Part shown: positions 7,628-16,770 of the stretch, piece by piece
Layout of the letters: each line of letters begins with the position of its first letter
How positions within the stretch are numbered: position 1 is the first letter of the stretch
Assembly (NCBI GenBank): GCA_900319305.1
Contig: ONNY01000010.1
Span: 16,391 to 80,390 of the forward strand
Source: an uncultured Prevotella sp.
Lineage (GTDB): Bacteria > Bacteroidota > Bacteroidia > Bacteroidales > Bacteroidaceae
Length of the DNA: 64,000 bases
Reading direction: 5' to 3'
Notes under the pieces: generated by a model
The model's database searches: none
What the model was told of the DNA's origin: nothing
Seen by the model: only the letters and a program-made list of their open reading frames with translations
Position numbers and translations under genes: made by a program

Positions 7628-7996
7628 ATGAAGAAAAAGAATTTTATGGTGAAAAGAATCGCAAGAAAAGTTCGAGTAGAGAACCAGGACTTGCGTAGTG
7701 AGTTCGGACTGAACCCCAGTGCTGAGCGTGAAATGACGACCTTAGCGAATAAGGTATCGCCTCAGCTTTATGGGATGTTGGTTCAACAACTGATGGGGTT
7801 CCATGCCGACATGCAGTTGGAAATGGCAGAAGACTTGGTGATCTTCTCCTATCAGCACATCGCGCACTCGACAGGTTGCCCATCTGTAGATTTTGTTCTG
7901 GACATCTGCTATTCCTGGATTGCGGATGAGCACAGCATCCTGAAGCCTGGTTACAAGAGATTTTTGTATAACTATTATAATGTACGCGAACAGTAA
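7628..7996 (+). CDS. Hypothetical protein
   Basis: ATG at 7628 (MKKKNF...) downstream of the promoter. The 7433 start in the ORF track overlaps the promoter. Confidence 0.7.
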   Translation: MKKKNFMVKRIARKVRVENQDLRSEFGLNPSAEREMTTLANKVSPQLYGMLVQQLMGFHADMQLEMAEDLVIFSYQHIAHSTGCPSVDFVLDICYSWIADEHSILKPGYKRFLYNYYNVREQ

Positions 7997-8032
7997 ACTA
8001 TAAACAAATAAAAATAACAATAAACAAAGACA

Positions 8033-8308
8033 ATGAAAGAAATGATTTTAAGAGTGGTGAAGTGCGGTGAGTGCTTTACTGTGAAGAGTGAGAAATCCGA
8101 GGGCGGTGTGCTGAACAAGCGGACGCTGGTGCTTCAGGAACTGGGTGGCAAGTATGAGAACTGCTATGCGGTGAGTGCCTTGGGTAATCTGGCTACGATC
8201 CAGTTCAGTGAGGGCGATCTGGTGATCGCCACGCTGAGATTCCAGAGTCGTGAGTACAATGGGCAAGTGTTTATGGATGTGGTAGCAACGGAACTGATTA
8301 GAAAATAA
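8033..8308 (+). CDS. DUF3127-like OB-fold (SSB-like) protein
   Basis: 91 aa. GGKY, GDLV.A.LRF..REYNG..F.DV resemble the chromosomal DUF3127 protein at 34674-35066. Confidence 0.7.
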   Translation: MKEMILRVVKCGECFTVKSEKSEGGVLNKRTLVLQELGGKYENCYAVSALGNLATIQFSEGDLVIATLRFQSREYNGQVFMDVVATELIRK

Positions 8309-8310
8309 CA

Positions 8311-8685
8311 ATGAAAAAGAATAGTAGAAAGACAATTAATAGGCAGGAAACGTTAGAGGGTATGATGACCTTCGGATTGTCGGAGAACGGACTCCACACA
8401 GCTGACTTTGAATGCTGTGAAGATGCGGTGATGGAGGACTTTACGGCCAGATGCAAGGTGCAACTGATGAGAGACGGTAACATGTATATCACCGAGTTGC
8501 CCAAGCGCGTGAGGAACAAACCGATCTTTAGGGAAGACAATAGTTCGCTGTCGAAAGGGACTAACGGTATGTATTATTTCGTGTTTATGCTCGAAGAGGA
8601 ACTGGTGAGCCTACTACCTGAAAAACTGATCAGCCAGGCGAGTGAGATTGCGCAGAAGGTGATTCGAGAACTGGTAAAGGATTAA
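8311..8685 (+). CDS. Hypothetical protein
   Basis: 124-aa ORF tightly packed in the operon (2-nt and 5-nt gaps). Confidence 0.7.
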   Translation: MKKNSRKTINRQETLEGMMTFGLSENGLHTADFECCEDAVMEDFTARCKVQLMRDGNMYITELPKRVRNKPIFREDNSSLSKGTNGMYYFVFMLEEELVSLLPEKLISQASEIAQKVIRELVKD

Positions 8686-8690
8686 AGCCG

Positions 8691-11039
8691 ATGAGTGTAT
8701 TTGAAATCTATAAGCAGGATGGGGTGAAATTCATGCGCCCCATCCACACCAGAGAGGAGTATCTCAGTAAGCGCAACAACGAGCATCAACGCCAGATATT
8801 AAAAACGGTACGCGAAAGCGATGCCCGACAGAAGAACCGTCTGATTCAGATGAACTACTCGTGTCTGCCAAATAAAGATGGTACGCTGAAAGGATCGAAG
8901 ACGATGAGCACCACTGTCGGGATGGACATCGACCACATACCCAAGGATGAGATGCAGGCTGTTCGTGAGCGCATCCTCGCCAAGAAGGACGAACTGGGAC
9001 TAAGGATGTTGGAAGAGAGTGCACGCGGAGAAGGTTATCATCTGGTGTTCAGTCGTCGGCCAGAGATGAGTCAGGAGGGCAACTTAAAATGGGCTAGTGA
9101 TCTGCTCGGTGTGGAGTTTGACAAAGACGCGAAGGACATCACGAGGGTCTTTTTCACCACAACGGAAGCCGAACTGATTTATCTGGATGATGCGATCTTT
9201 GAGGTTAATTTAGCAACGGACAACAGGACTGACAGGACTGATTCTGATGCTGGCGAGGAGGGAATAGAAGTCCTTAAGTCCTGTGGTCCTTGCAAAAAAA
9301 ACTTCCCCAGTGACTATCACGGCATTCCGTTTACGGATATTCTGAAGAAGTATTGGGAGGTGAATAACCAGGGCTTTGAACCTACCGAGGGCGATCGCGA
9401 TACGCTGACTTATCAGTTGGCTTGCGACCTGAGGCATATCTGCGGTAAGAATTTCGAGTGGCTCGACCAAGTGATTCCCTGTTACGATGGATTCCCGTTG
9501 GAAGAGAAACGCGCGAAGATCAAAAGTGCGCTTGCGTCGGAGTTTAATGGTTTCCCGCAGCGCCTCCGCAACACCCTCAATCTTTTGGCAGCGGACTACA
9601 GGACTGACAGGACTGGATTTTCAGAACAGGGACTGTCCCCAATGTGTGATGATGATGAAGAAAAAGTCTTTGAGTCCTTTAGTCCGTTGCAAAAAATCCC
9701 AAAGATGCCGCAGGGAGTGAAGGAGTCGATTGAGGCAGTAGGCCCGCAGTTGGCAATGCCAACAGTGACGGCTGTCTGCCCTTGTATCGGTGCGCTGGCA
9801 ACAGGTGTAAAGCTCGACGTCCACGGTCAGAAACGGGGATTGAATCTCATCGCTTATATTGCTGGTGATTTTGCTAGCGGAAAGGGCAATATCGATCCAG
9901 TGATAGAGGCGTGGATGAGTGAAGTATTAGCTCTCGACGAGATGTACCAGAAACAGGAGGACGAATGGTGCGCCAAGAAGCTGGCGGCGAAGAATAAGAA
10001 AGATCAACCCGAAGAACTAAAGTTGCCCGTGCGTTGTCTGACACTGAACAACACCGTTGCCAACCTCGCCGAGCGACTGGCCAATACAGAGGGCAAGCAT
10101 GCCTTCTCGTTTACCCCCGAGGCCGATACGGTAGCACAGAAGTGGAAATCGACGATGAGCGATTTTTCGGTAATGCTGCGTCAGAGTTACGATGGTTCTA
10201 AATATGAACGTGAGGCCAAGAGTGTGGATGCAGTAAGAGTGCATATCAAACATCTGTTATGGAATGTCACGATGTGCGGTACGCCCGATGCCCTTTACCG
10301 CGTGGTGAATAACTATACGGATGGCTTCCAGAGCCGTATCGCGGTAGCAAGAACGCCTGACAACACCTTTACACCATTGGAGGATACTCCGCCTATATTG
10401 AACAGTCGACAATTGGAACGCATCCAGCAAGTGGCCCATCTACTGCCTTTGATGCATGGTGAAGTCGTGTTGCCTAAACTGGAACAGTGTGGTCGTCGGT
10501 GGCTGGAGAAAATACGACTGGAAGCGATGAAGAATGACGATCGGACGAAAGCGCGTCAACGTATTCGTATCTGTGTGACGACACAACGTATGACCTGCTG
10601 CCTGATGCTTTGTAAGGTGTGTGAGACACTGATCCATAAACACGGCATGAACGGTGCCGAGGCTCAGTTGAAACAACATCCTAATCTTTGGAAGGAGATG
10701 TTGCTGAAGACGCAGACACCACAGATGATGGATTTGTATGAAGTCATTGCCGACTCGCTGATGGAGAACGCCTTACTTTTCTTTCGTGACCGCATTGAGA
10801 TCGCAGCAAGAAGTCGTAACTATGTAGGCAATCTGAATGGAGAAAGGATGAAGCGTGGCAAGAATGACTCAATCTTTGAGCGTCTGGATCAACAATTCAC
10901 ATTCGAACAGGCCATGCAGCACTCTGTGGCTGTGAAGGGGGCTGATGTGACTCAGAACTGTGTTCAGCAAATGCTAAAGAACTGGCGCAGACAAGGTCTC
11001 ATCGTCCTGACTGAAGATTCGAATTATAGAAAAACGTAG
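8691..11039 (+). CDS. VirE-N/BT4734-like primase domain fused to DUF3987-type P-loop domain
   Basis: MDIDH, SARGEGYHLV and KDITRVFF (AEP-primase-like); EGDRD (PriCT-like); GDFASGKG Walker A-like, PEADT, DGFQSR. Confidence 0.7.
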   Translation: MSVFEIYKQDGVKFMRPIHTREEYLSKRNNEHQRQILKTVRESDARQKNRLIQMNYSCLPNKDGTLKGSKTMSTTVGMDIDHIPKDEMQAVRERILAKKDELGLRMLEESARGEGYHLVFSRRPEMSQEGNLKWASDLLGVEFDKDAKDITRVFFTTTEAELIYLDDAIFEVNLATDNRTDRTDSDAGEEGIEVLKSCGPCKKNFPSDYHGIPFTDILKKYWEVNNQGFEPTEGDRDTLTYQLACDLRHICGKNFEWLDQVIPCYDGFPLEEKRAKIKSALASEFNGFPQRLRNTLNLLAADYRTDRTGFSEQGLSPMCDDDEEKVFESFSPLQKIPKMPQGVKESIEAVGPQLAMPTVTAVCPCIGALATGVKLDVHGQKRGLNLIAYIAGDFASGKGNIDPVIEAWMSEVLALDEMYQKQEDEWCAKKLAAKNKKDQPEELKLPVRCLTLNNTVANLAERLANTEGKHAFSFTPEADTVAQKWKSTMSDFSVMLRQSYDGSKYEREAKSVDAVRVHIKHLLWNVTMCGTPDALYRVVNNYTDGFQSRIAVARTPDNTFTPLEDTPPILNSRQLERIQQVAHLLPLMHGEVVLPKLEQCGRRWLEKIRLEAMKNDDRTKARQRIRICVTTQRMTCCLMLCKVCETLIHKHGMNGAEAQLKQHPNLWKEMLLKTQTPQMMDLYEVIADSLMENALLFFRDRIEIAARSRNYVGNLNGERMKRGKNDSIFERLDQQFTFEQAMQHSVAVKGADVTQNCVQQMLKNWRRQGLIVLTEDSNYRKT
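9213..9293. repeat. In-frame imperfect inverted-repeat element 1
   Basis: GCAACGGACAACAGGACTGACAGGAC ... GTCCTTAAGTCCTGTGGTCCTTGC. Confidence 0.7.
9588..9690. repeat. In-frame imperfect inverted-repeat element 2 with nested GGGACTGTCCCC
   Basis: GCAGCGGACTACAGGACTGACAGGAC ... GTCTTTGAGTCCTTTAGTCCGTTGC. Confidence 0.7.
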
Positions 11040-11065
11040 TCATTAGTCATTTTAGTCATTAGTCA
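11037..11065. repeat. Heptamer tandem repeat (TAGTCAT x4)
   Basis: tagtcat tagtcat tt tagtcat tagtca fills the intergenic gap. Confidence 0.8.
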
Positions 11066-11067
11066 AA

Positions 11068-11388
11068 ATGAAAATTGAAAACAATAAGGATTGCTTCGTG
11101 CTGCTCTGGCGGATGCTGGTGCCAACGAAGCACCTCCTCAGGAGGAAGTATAAACGCTTCTGTATCCGGAATGTGCTGAAAGAGTGGTTCGAACACGAGG
11201 CTACCAATGAAATGATGTGGAAAGTCTGCAATCTGTGTGAACAGGCGGGCTGGGACGAACTGCCGTCGCCATCGCTCTATCCGCGTAAGCATCGGGAGTT
11301 TCTGAGGGCCATTGTTGCGGCAATTAATGTAAATAAGAAAAGTAAAAATGGAAAAAGTAGAATTAAACAAAGAAATGAAATTAAGTGA
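11068..11388 (+). CDS. Hypothetical protein
   Basis: 106-aa ORF in operon context. Confidence 0.6.
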   Translation: MKIENNKDCFVLLWRMLVPTKHLLRRKYKRFCIRNVLKEWFEHEATNEMMWKVCNLCEQAGWDELPSPSLYPRKHREFLRAIVAAINVNKKSKNGKSRIKQRNEIK

Positions 11389-11869
11389 GCACTTCACTTT
11401 AGGAGAACTCACCAAGACAAGTATTAAGACGGAGGATCAAAACATCCCAAGTCGGGTTGCGATTGAGAACCTGAAGAATCTCTGTGAGAATTGGCTCGAG
11501 GATCTGCGGTATTCCTATAATACTCTTTACTCTAGGAACAGTCCCCAAGATACGGTTGCTGAGCCTGCCGAAGCACAGGGACCGTCGGAGGGGATAATTA
11601 TTAATTCGGGATATCGGTCGCCAGGGGTGAATAAGAGGGCTGGGGGAAGTGCTACCAGCAACCACCTGACAGGATGCGCGGTGGATATCCGAGTGTCGGG
11701 ATTTGAGCAGGCCATCCGTTATGCCTCCATTCTGCTAGATATCTCAGATGGTACCAAGCGGGATTATGACGAGCTTTATATCGAACGTAATAGCGAAAGG
11801 CGGTATTGGATCCACTTCGCCGTACGTCCGAAGGATAATCGCCGAAAAGGTAACTTTATCCTGACTTAA
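11348..11869 (+). CDS. Peptidase M15A-family zinc peptidase
   Basis: LSEHFTLGEL, INSGYRSPGVN...GG...SNHLTGCAVDI, WIH. Confidence 0.85.
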   Translation: MEKVELNKEMKLSEHFTLGELTKTSIKTEDQNIPSRVAIENLKNLCENWLEDLRYSYNTLYSRNSPQDTVAEPAEAQGPSEGIIINSGYRSPGVNKRAGGSATSNHLTGCAVDIRVSGFEQAIRYASILLDISDGTKRDYDELYIERNSERRYWIHFAVRPKDNRRKGNFILT

Positions 11870-11878
11870 CAAACAGAA

Positions 11879-11909
11879 CCTCGTGCTGGGGACTGTCCCC
11901 AGTACGAGG
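11879..11909. repeat. 31-bp palindrome (REP-like, possible terminator)
   Basis: CCTCGTGCTGGGGAC-T-GTCCCCAGTACGAGG, one mismatch. Confidence 0.8.
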
Positions 11910-12064
11910 ATTTTAGGAAATCGGAACTTCAAAATATGCAAAAATGTTTCAGAATTCACAAAGTGTTATCGTTTTCCCCAAGAATCGACTGAAAAATGCC
12001 ATTATTTCGAGAATATTGACTACCTTTGCATCACAGAAGGAAAAATGATAAAGAACGAGAGAAT

Positions 12065-13042
12065 ATGGAACATGAAAAAGAGATAGTTTTACCACCTTAT
12101 TTAAAAGAGGGAGATAAGGTTGCCTTGGTATCACCTGCCTACTGGATACCACAAGAAGCAATTCAAAAAGCGGCAGAGACTGTTAAGTCATGGGGACTGC
12201 AACCTGTGATCGGTCCGCACACCAACAGCCTGAACGTGAATGTGTATGCCGGTACGGCCGATGAGCGCGCTGCCGACATCCTGTGGGCACTCAAAGACGA
12301 TAGCATCAAAGCGATTATATGTACGCGAGGCGGCTATGGATCCATCCATCTGCTGAACCGCATCCACACGGAGGATTATCAGAAGCATCCCAAATGGCTG
12401 ATCGGACATGGCGACATCACCACACTGATCAATGCCGTGACCAGTGCGGGAGTGATGAGCATTCATGGTCCGATGGCCTTCCAGTTGGCAAACGGTCAGG
12501 AACTCGATTCTCAGATTACGCGCGACGTTCTGTTCGGAACGATCCCACAATACAAGATTGCAGGCAACGACCATAATAGATGCGGACACGCCGAGGGTGT
12601 GCTCGTGGGAGGTAATCTGTCCAGTTTTACCTCGATCGTCGGCACGAAGTTTCTGTTGCCGCCTGATCGGGATTGTATCCTATTTATCGAAGAAGTGGAG
12701 GAGTCGCTGCACGATATCGACAGACTGTTCTATATGCTGCAATTGCAAAGTGGCTTTGAGCGCGTGAAGGGCGTGATCTTCGGTTCGTTCAACTCCATCA
12801 AGTTCGACCTTCAGTTTGGTAGTGTGGAACAGATGCTGGTAGCCCACCTTCGCGACCTGGATATCCCCATCTGCTGTGGTTTCCCTGTGGGCAGCAACAG
12901 TTGTCTGCCACTGATCATGGGTGCCCCTTGCAAACTCGATGTCTCGGTGGAAGAGGTGACGCTGACCTTCAACAACGAGGGCGACAAGCGTACCTATTAT
13001 ATAGATAGACCGTCGCAGCAACTGATGAAAATTGCAGAGTAG
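12065..13042 (+). CDS. S66 LD-carboxypeptidase homologue with substituted catalytic residues
   Basis: GDKVALVSPA, CTRGGYGS, GGNLS, LFIEEV. GHGD replaces G-x-S-D. Start 12065 follows a TACCTTTG box at 12021. Confidence 0.85.
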   Translation: MEHEKEIVLPPYLKEGDKVALVSPAYWIPQEAIQKAAETVKSWGLQPVIGPHTNSLNVNVYAGTADERAADILWALKDDSIKAIICTRGGYGSIHLLNRIHTEDYQKHPKWLIGHGDITTLINAVTSAGVMSIHGPMAFQLANGQELDSQITRDVLFGTIPQYKIAGNDHNRCGHAEGVLVGGNLSSFTSIVGTKFLLPPDRDCILFIEEVEESLHDIDRLFYMLQLQSGFERVKGVIFGSFNSIKFDLQFGSVEQMLVAHLRDLDIPICCGFPVGSNSCLPLIMGAPCKLDVSVEEVTLTFNNEGDKRTYYIDRPSQQLMKIAE

Positions 13043-13063
13043 AATAATAAATGTGGCAAAAAG

Positions 13064-13095
13064 TTTGGAGATTTGAAATTTAGTTCGTATATTTG
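13064..13095 (+). promoter_or_regulatory. sigmaA promoter of rubrerythrin
   Basis: TTTG-N20-TATATTTG. Confidence 0.7.
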
Positions 13096-13160
13096 CAAAC
13101 AGAAGTTCAAAAACTCTAGAGACACATTAAATTATTATTAAACTAAAAACAAATGCAATT

Positions 13161-13715
13161 ATGAAGAAAAAGTTTATTTGCGCCGTTTGTGGATATATCT
13201 ATGAAGGCGATGCTGCTCCCGAGAAGTGCCCCATCTGTAAGGCTCCTGCTTCTAAGTTCTCAGAGATGGAGGACAATGGTGAGATGACGTTCGCTACTGT
13301 TCATAAGATTGGTGACGGCAAGCCCGAGGGTGTAAGCCAGGAGATGATCGACGACCTGCGTAACCACTTCAATGGTGAGTGTGGTGAGGTTGGTATGTAT
13401 CTGGCCATGAGTCGTCAGGCTGATCGTGAGGGTTATCCCGAGATCGCCGAGGCGTTTAAGCGCTATGCATTCGAGGAGGCTGAGCACGCTGCCAAGTTTG
13501 CTGAGTTGCTGGGCGAGTGCGTATGGGATACCAAGACGAATCTGGAGAAGCGCGCTGCTGCCGAGGCTGGTGCTTGCGAGGATAAGTTCCGTATCGCTAA
13601 GAACGCAAAGGTGGCTGGCTTCGATGCGATCCACGACACTGTGCATGAGATGGCGAAGGACGAGGCCCGTCATGGTGCTGGTTTCGCTGGCTTGCTGAAG
13701 CGCTATTTCAAATAG
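13161..13715 (+). CDS. Reverse rubrerythrin (rubredoxin + ferritin-like)
   Basis: CAVCGY...CPIC N-terminus; GE..E, EAEH and DEARH diiron ligands. Confidence 0.92.
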   Translation: MKKKFICAVCGYIYEGDAAPEKCPICKAPASKFSEMEDNGEMTFATVHKIGDGKPEGVSQEMIDDLRNHFNGECGEVGMYLAMSRQADREGYPEIAEAFKRYAFEEAEHAAKFAELLGECVWDTKTNLEKRAAAEAGACEDKFRIAKNAKVAGFDAIHDTVHEMAKDEARHGAGFAGLLKRYFK

Positions 13716-13754
13716 GATGCAATATTTTATAGAAAAGTCCGTTTTATCATTAAG

Positions 13755-15074
13755 ATGAAACGGATTTTTTATGTGCTGATAGTTGCGCTGTTGACGGTGG
13801 CCTGCGAGGATGAGGACAAGTTCTCGACAGGTGCCGGTATGCGTCTGGACTTCGAGGTGGACACGCTGAAACTGGATACGGTGTTCAGCAATACGCCGTC
13901 GTCGACGTATAAGTTCTGGGTGTATAACCGTCAGGACAACGGGCTGAGACTGCAGACGGTCAGACTGAAAAAGGGCAATCAGACGGGCTTCAGGGTGAAT
14001 GTGGATGGTATCTATCTCGATAACTCGAACGGCTCGCAGATCAGCAATGTGGATATCCGAAGGAAAGACAGTCTGTTGGTGTTCGTGGAACTGACGGCGC
14101 AGACTACCCATCAGTTGGATCCGAAACTGGTGGAGGATGACCTGCTGTTCGTTCAGGAGAACGGTAAGGAACAGGCGGTGAACTTCAGGGCATGGGCGTG
14201 GGATGCCAGGAAACTCTATGATCCGGTGATCGAAAAGGATACGGTGATTGAGTCGGTTGTACCGTTGGTGATCTATGGCGACCTGACCGTAAAGGAAGGG
14301 GCAGAACTGACGCTGAGAAATACGACGCTCTATTTCCACGATGCCGGAGGAATGGAGATCTACGGCTCGCTGAAGACGGAGGACTGTGTGCTGAGGGGCG
14401 ATCGACTCGACCGTATGTTTGACTATCTGCCGTATGACCGAATAAGCGGACAATGGGAGGGCCTCCATTTCTACGCCTCTTCAACGGATAATGAGTTGGT
14501 GGATACGGAGATCAGGAATGCCACCGACGCTATCGTGCTGGATCAGACCAAACTGAATGATGCGTACTATAGTCTCGTGATGCAGCATTGCGTGGTTCAT
14601 AACTCGAAGGGTGATGGCGTGAAGGTGACTAATGCGAAGGTGCTGATAGACCATTGCCAGTTGACGAACGCGAAGGGCGACTGTCTGGCAGTGAGAGGTG
14701 GTATGGCTGAGATCAATTACTGTACCATCGGACAGTTCTATCCGTTTGATGCGGAAAGAGGCAAGGCCATCCGTTTCGTGGATGAGGAGGACTGCCCGTT
14801 GAAGCGCTTCGTGTGTGACGGGACGATAGCCACCGGCTATGCCGAAGATGTGGTGGAAGGTGAACTGACCACGGCGGAAGTGGATTACAGTTTCAATAAC
14901 TGTCTGCTCAGGATGCCTGCCATTGACAACAGTCACTTCAAGGATATCATCTGGGAAAGTCCGACAGAAGAGATTGAGGGTAAAGATCAATTCGTGAAGA
15001 TCGATGAGGAGAATCTGGATTATGACTTCCACCTCAGCGAACAATCGACAGCCAAAGGCAAAGGCTGTTATTAG
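13755..15074 (+). CDS. Lipoprotein with right-handed beta-helix domain
   Basis: Lipobox LLTVAC; GDRLD...GQW.G.HF and beta-helix-like repeats. Confidence 0.75.
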   Translation: MKRIFYVLIVALLTVACEDEDKFSTGAGMRLDFEVDTLKLDTVFSNTPSSTYKFWVYNRQDNGLRLQTVRLKKGNQTGFRVNVDGIYLDNSNGSQISNVDIRRKDSLLVFVELTAQTTHQLDPKLVEDDLLFVQENGKEQAVNFRAWAWDARKLYDPVIEKDTVIESVVPLVIYGDLTVKEGAELTLRNTTLYFHDAGGMEIYGSLKTEDCVLRGDRLDRMFDYLPYDRISGQWEGLHFYASSTDNELVDTEIRNATDAIVLDQTKLNDAYYSLVMQHCVVHNSKGDGVKVTNAKVLIDHCQLTNAKGDCLAVRGGMAEINYCTIGQFYPFDAERGKAIRFVDEEDCPLKRFVCDGTIATGYAEDVVEGELTTAEVDYSFNNCLLRMPAIDNSHFKDIIWESPTEEIEGKDQFVKIDEENLDYDFHLSEQSTAKGKGCY

Positions 15075-15544
15075 AACTCCGAGAACAGCAAGGGCATGAG
15101 CTGACGGATGCCGTTGATGACATAGATGCAACGGCGACCGTAGAGCAGGATGCGGATGGGATGCTTGGCACGCGTCTCACTCTCGATGATGACCTGACGA
15201 CAACTGCCACAGGGACTGCAGGGCTCTTCCAACAGTTCTCCATCCGTGCCTCGGGCGGCAATGGCGAGGGTAGAGACTCCTACATCAGGATACTGGGCGC
15301 CTGCAGCGAAGAGGGCTGTGCGCTCGGCGCAGAGTCCTGAGGGATAGGCAGCATTCTCCTGATTACAGCCGATGACCTCAACCCCGTTGTCCAGGCGGAC
15401 GGCGGCACCCACATGGAAGTGGGAGTAGGGGGCATAACTGCGCTGCGTGGCGTCGATGGCCAGCGACATGAGATGCTGATCTGCGGGCGACAGTTCGTCC
15501 ATTTGACAGGCGTTAATAACGGTTTTTAGCTCCAGTTGTTCCAT
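15071..15544 (-). CDS. cdd: Cytidine deaminase
   Basis: YAPYSHFHVGAA, CAER, PCGSCRQ. Confidence 0.95.
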   Translation of the reverse strand: MEQLELKTVINACQMDELSPADQHLMSLAIDATQRSYAPYSHFHVGAAVRLDNGVEVIGCNQENAAYPSGLCAERTALFAAGAQYPDVGVSTLAIAARGTDGELLEEPCSPCGSCRQVIIESETRAKHPIRILLYGRRCIYVINGIRQLMPLLFSEF

Positions 15545-15620
15545 AATTTGCTATAATTTTGGGCAAAAATACGAATAATTCGGGAATTATCACTACTTTT
15601 GCACAAAGAATTGTAAAAAG

Positions 15621-16529
15621 ATGAAGAAGTTTTTTATCCCTATAGCACTTTTCATGTCGATTTCGGCGTTTGGACAGATCAAATGGAACCAGACGTACCA
15701 GCAATATTTCAACCAATATAAGGACGTGGCCATCGAACAGATGCAGCGGTATAACATCCCTGCGTCGATCACGTTGGCACAGGGTGTGTTTGAGAGTGGT
15801 GCCGGCAGGAGTGAACTAGCTGTGAGAGGGAATAACCACTTTGGTATCAAGTGTAACGGCTGGAACGGGCGTAAGACCTATCACGACGATGATGAGGATA
15901 ATGAGTGCTTTCGTGCCTACGATTCTGCCTATGAGTCGTATGAAGACCATTCAAGGTTTCTGGTGAACAGTCCGAGATACAGGCAGTTGTTCTCCCTGAA
16001 GAAGACCGACTACAAGGGTTGGGCGAAAGGATTGAAGGCGGCCGGCTATGCCACGAACCCGCAGTATGCCAATAAACTGATAGAGATCATCCAGTTGTAT
16101 AAACTTTACCAGTATGACGAGGCGAAGCACTATGATAAGTTCATGTATGAGCACACGAAGGATCAGCCTGTGAACGGTCAGGATCTGCATGTGATCAAGG
16201 CGTTCAACAAGAACTACTATATCATCGTGCGTCAGGGCGACACCTTTAAGAGTTTGGCTCAGGAGGTGGGCATCAGCTACAAGAAACTGGCAAAGTATAA
16301 TGAGCGTGACAAACGTGATGACCTGGAGCCGGGCGAGATCCTCTGGCTGAAGAAGAAACAGAAGAAGGCGCCCAAGGATTATAAGGGTTACAGACATTAT
16401 GTGCGTCAGGGCGAGTCGATGTACTCGATCGCACAGAAATACGGCATCCGAGTGGAGTCGCTGTATAAGTTGAATAAACTGAATGCAGACTATCAGATCC
16501 AAGTAGGGGATCCCATCCGACTGAGATAA
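15621..16529 (+). CDS. GH73 glucosaminidase with LysM domains
   Basis: IPASITLAQG..ES, NNHFGIKC, GYAT; two LysM repeats. Confidence 0.92.
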   Translation: MKKFFIPIALFMSISAFGQIKWNQTYQQYFNQYKDVAIEQMQRYNIPASITLAQGVFESGAGRSELAVRGNNHFGIKCNGWNGRKTYHDDDEDNECFRAYDSAYESYEDHSRFLVNSPRYRQLFSLKKTDYKGWAKGLKAAGYATNPQYANKLIEIIQLYKLYQYDEAKHYDKFMYEHTKDQPVNGQDLHVIKAFNKNYYIIVRQGDTFKSLAQEVGISYKKLAKYNERDKRDDLEPGEILWLKKKQKKAPKDYKGYRHYVRQGESMYSIAQKYGIRVESLYKLNKLNADYQIQVGDPIRLR

Positions 16530-16534
16530 AAAAT

Positions 16535-16564
16535 AAGAGATGCAAGTTGAAGCTTGCATCTCTT
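16535..16564. terminator. Bidirectional terminator
   Basis: AAGAGATGCAAG-ttgaag-CTTGCATCTCTT. Confidence 0.8.
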
Positions 16565-16580
16565 TGTATGATCTCAGGAG

Positions 16581-16651
16581 AGCGGAATACGGGAATCGAA
16601 CCCGCCTCCCAGGCTTGGGAAGCCCGTGCACTACCGATGTGCTAATTCCGC
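16581..16651 (-). tRNA. tRNA-Gly(CCC)
   Basis: GCGGAATTAGCACATCGGTAGTGCACGGGCTTCCCAAGCCTGGGAGGCGGGTTCGATTCCCGTATTCCGCT. Confidence 0.95.
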
Positions 16652-16681
16652 ATGTCAATAAATAATGGAATTTTGTTTGTG

Positions 16682-16754
<73 letters not shown>

Positions 16755-16770
16755 AGCCTTTTTAGAGAAG

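Larger units (their letters stand above)
6025..11909 (+). mobile_element. Cryptic integrase-less element (SSB-like, primase/DUF3987-like, M15 peptidase); boundaries approximate
   Basis: Gene set resembles Bacteroidales VirE-N/BT4734-DUF3987 modules. Has a decayed gene, a phased repeat array and palindromic repeats near both ends. Confidence 0.5.

Noticed and set aside
6025-11909. Prophage
   Set aside because: No structural, terminase or integrase genes in the window.
13260-14468. 402-aa minus-strand ORF and the many other antisense ORFs in the track
   Set aside because: They shadow well-supported genes on the opposite strand and have no motifs.
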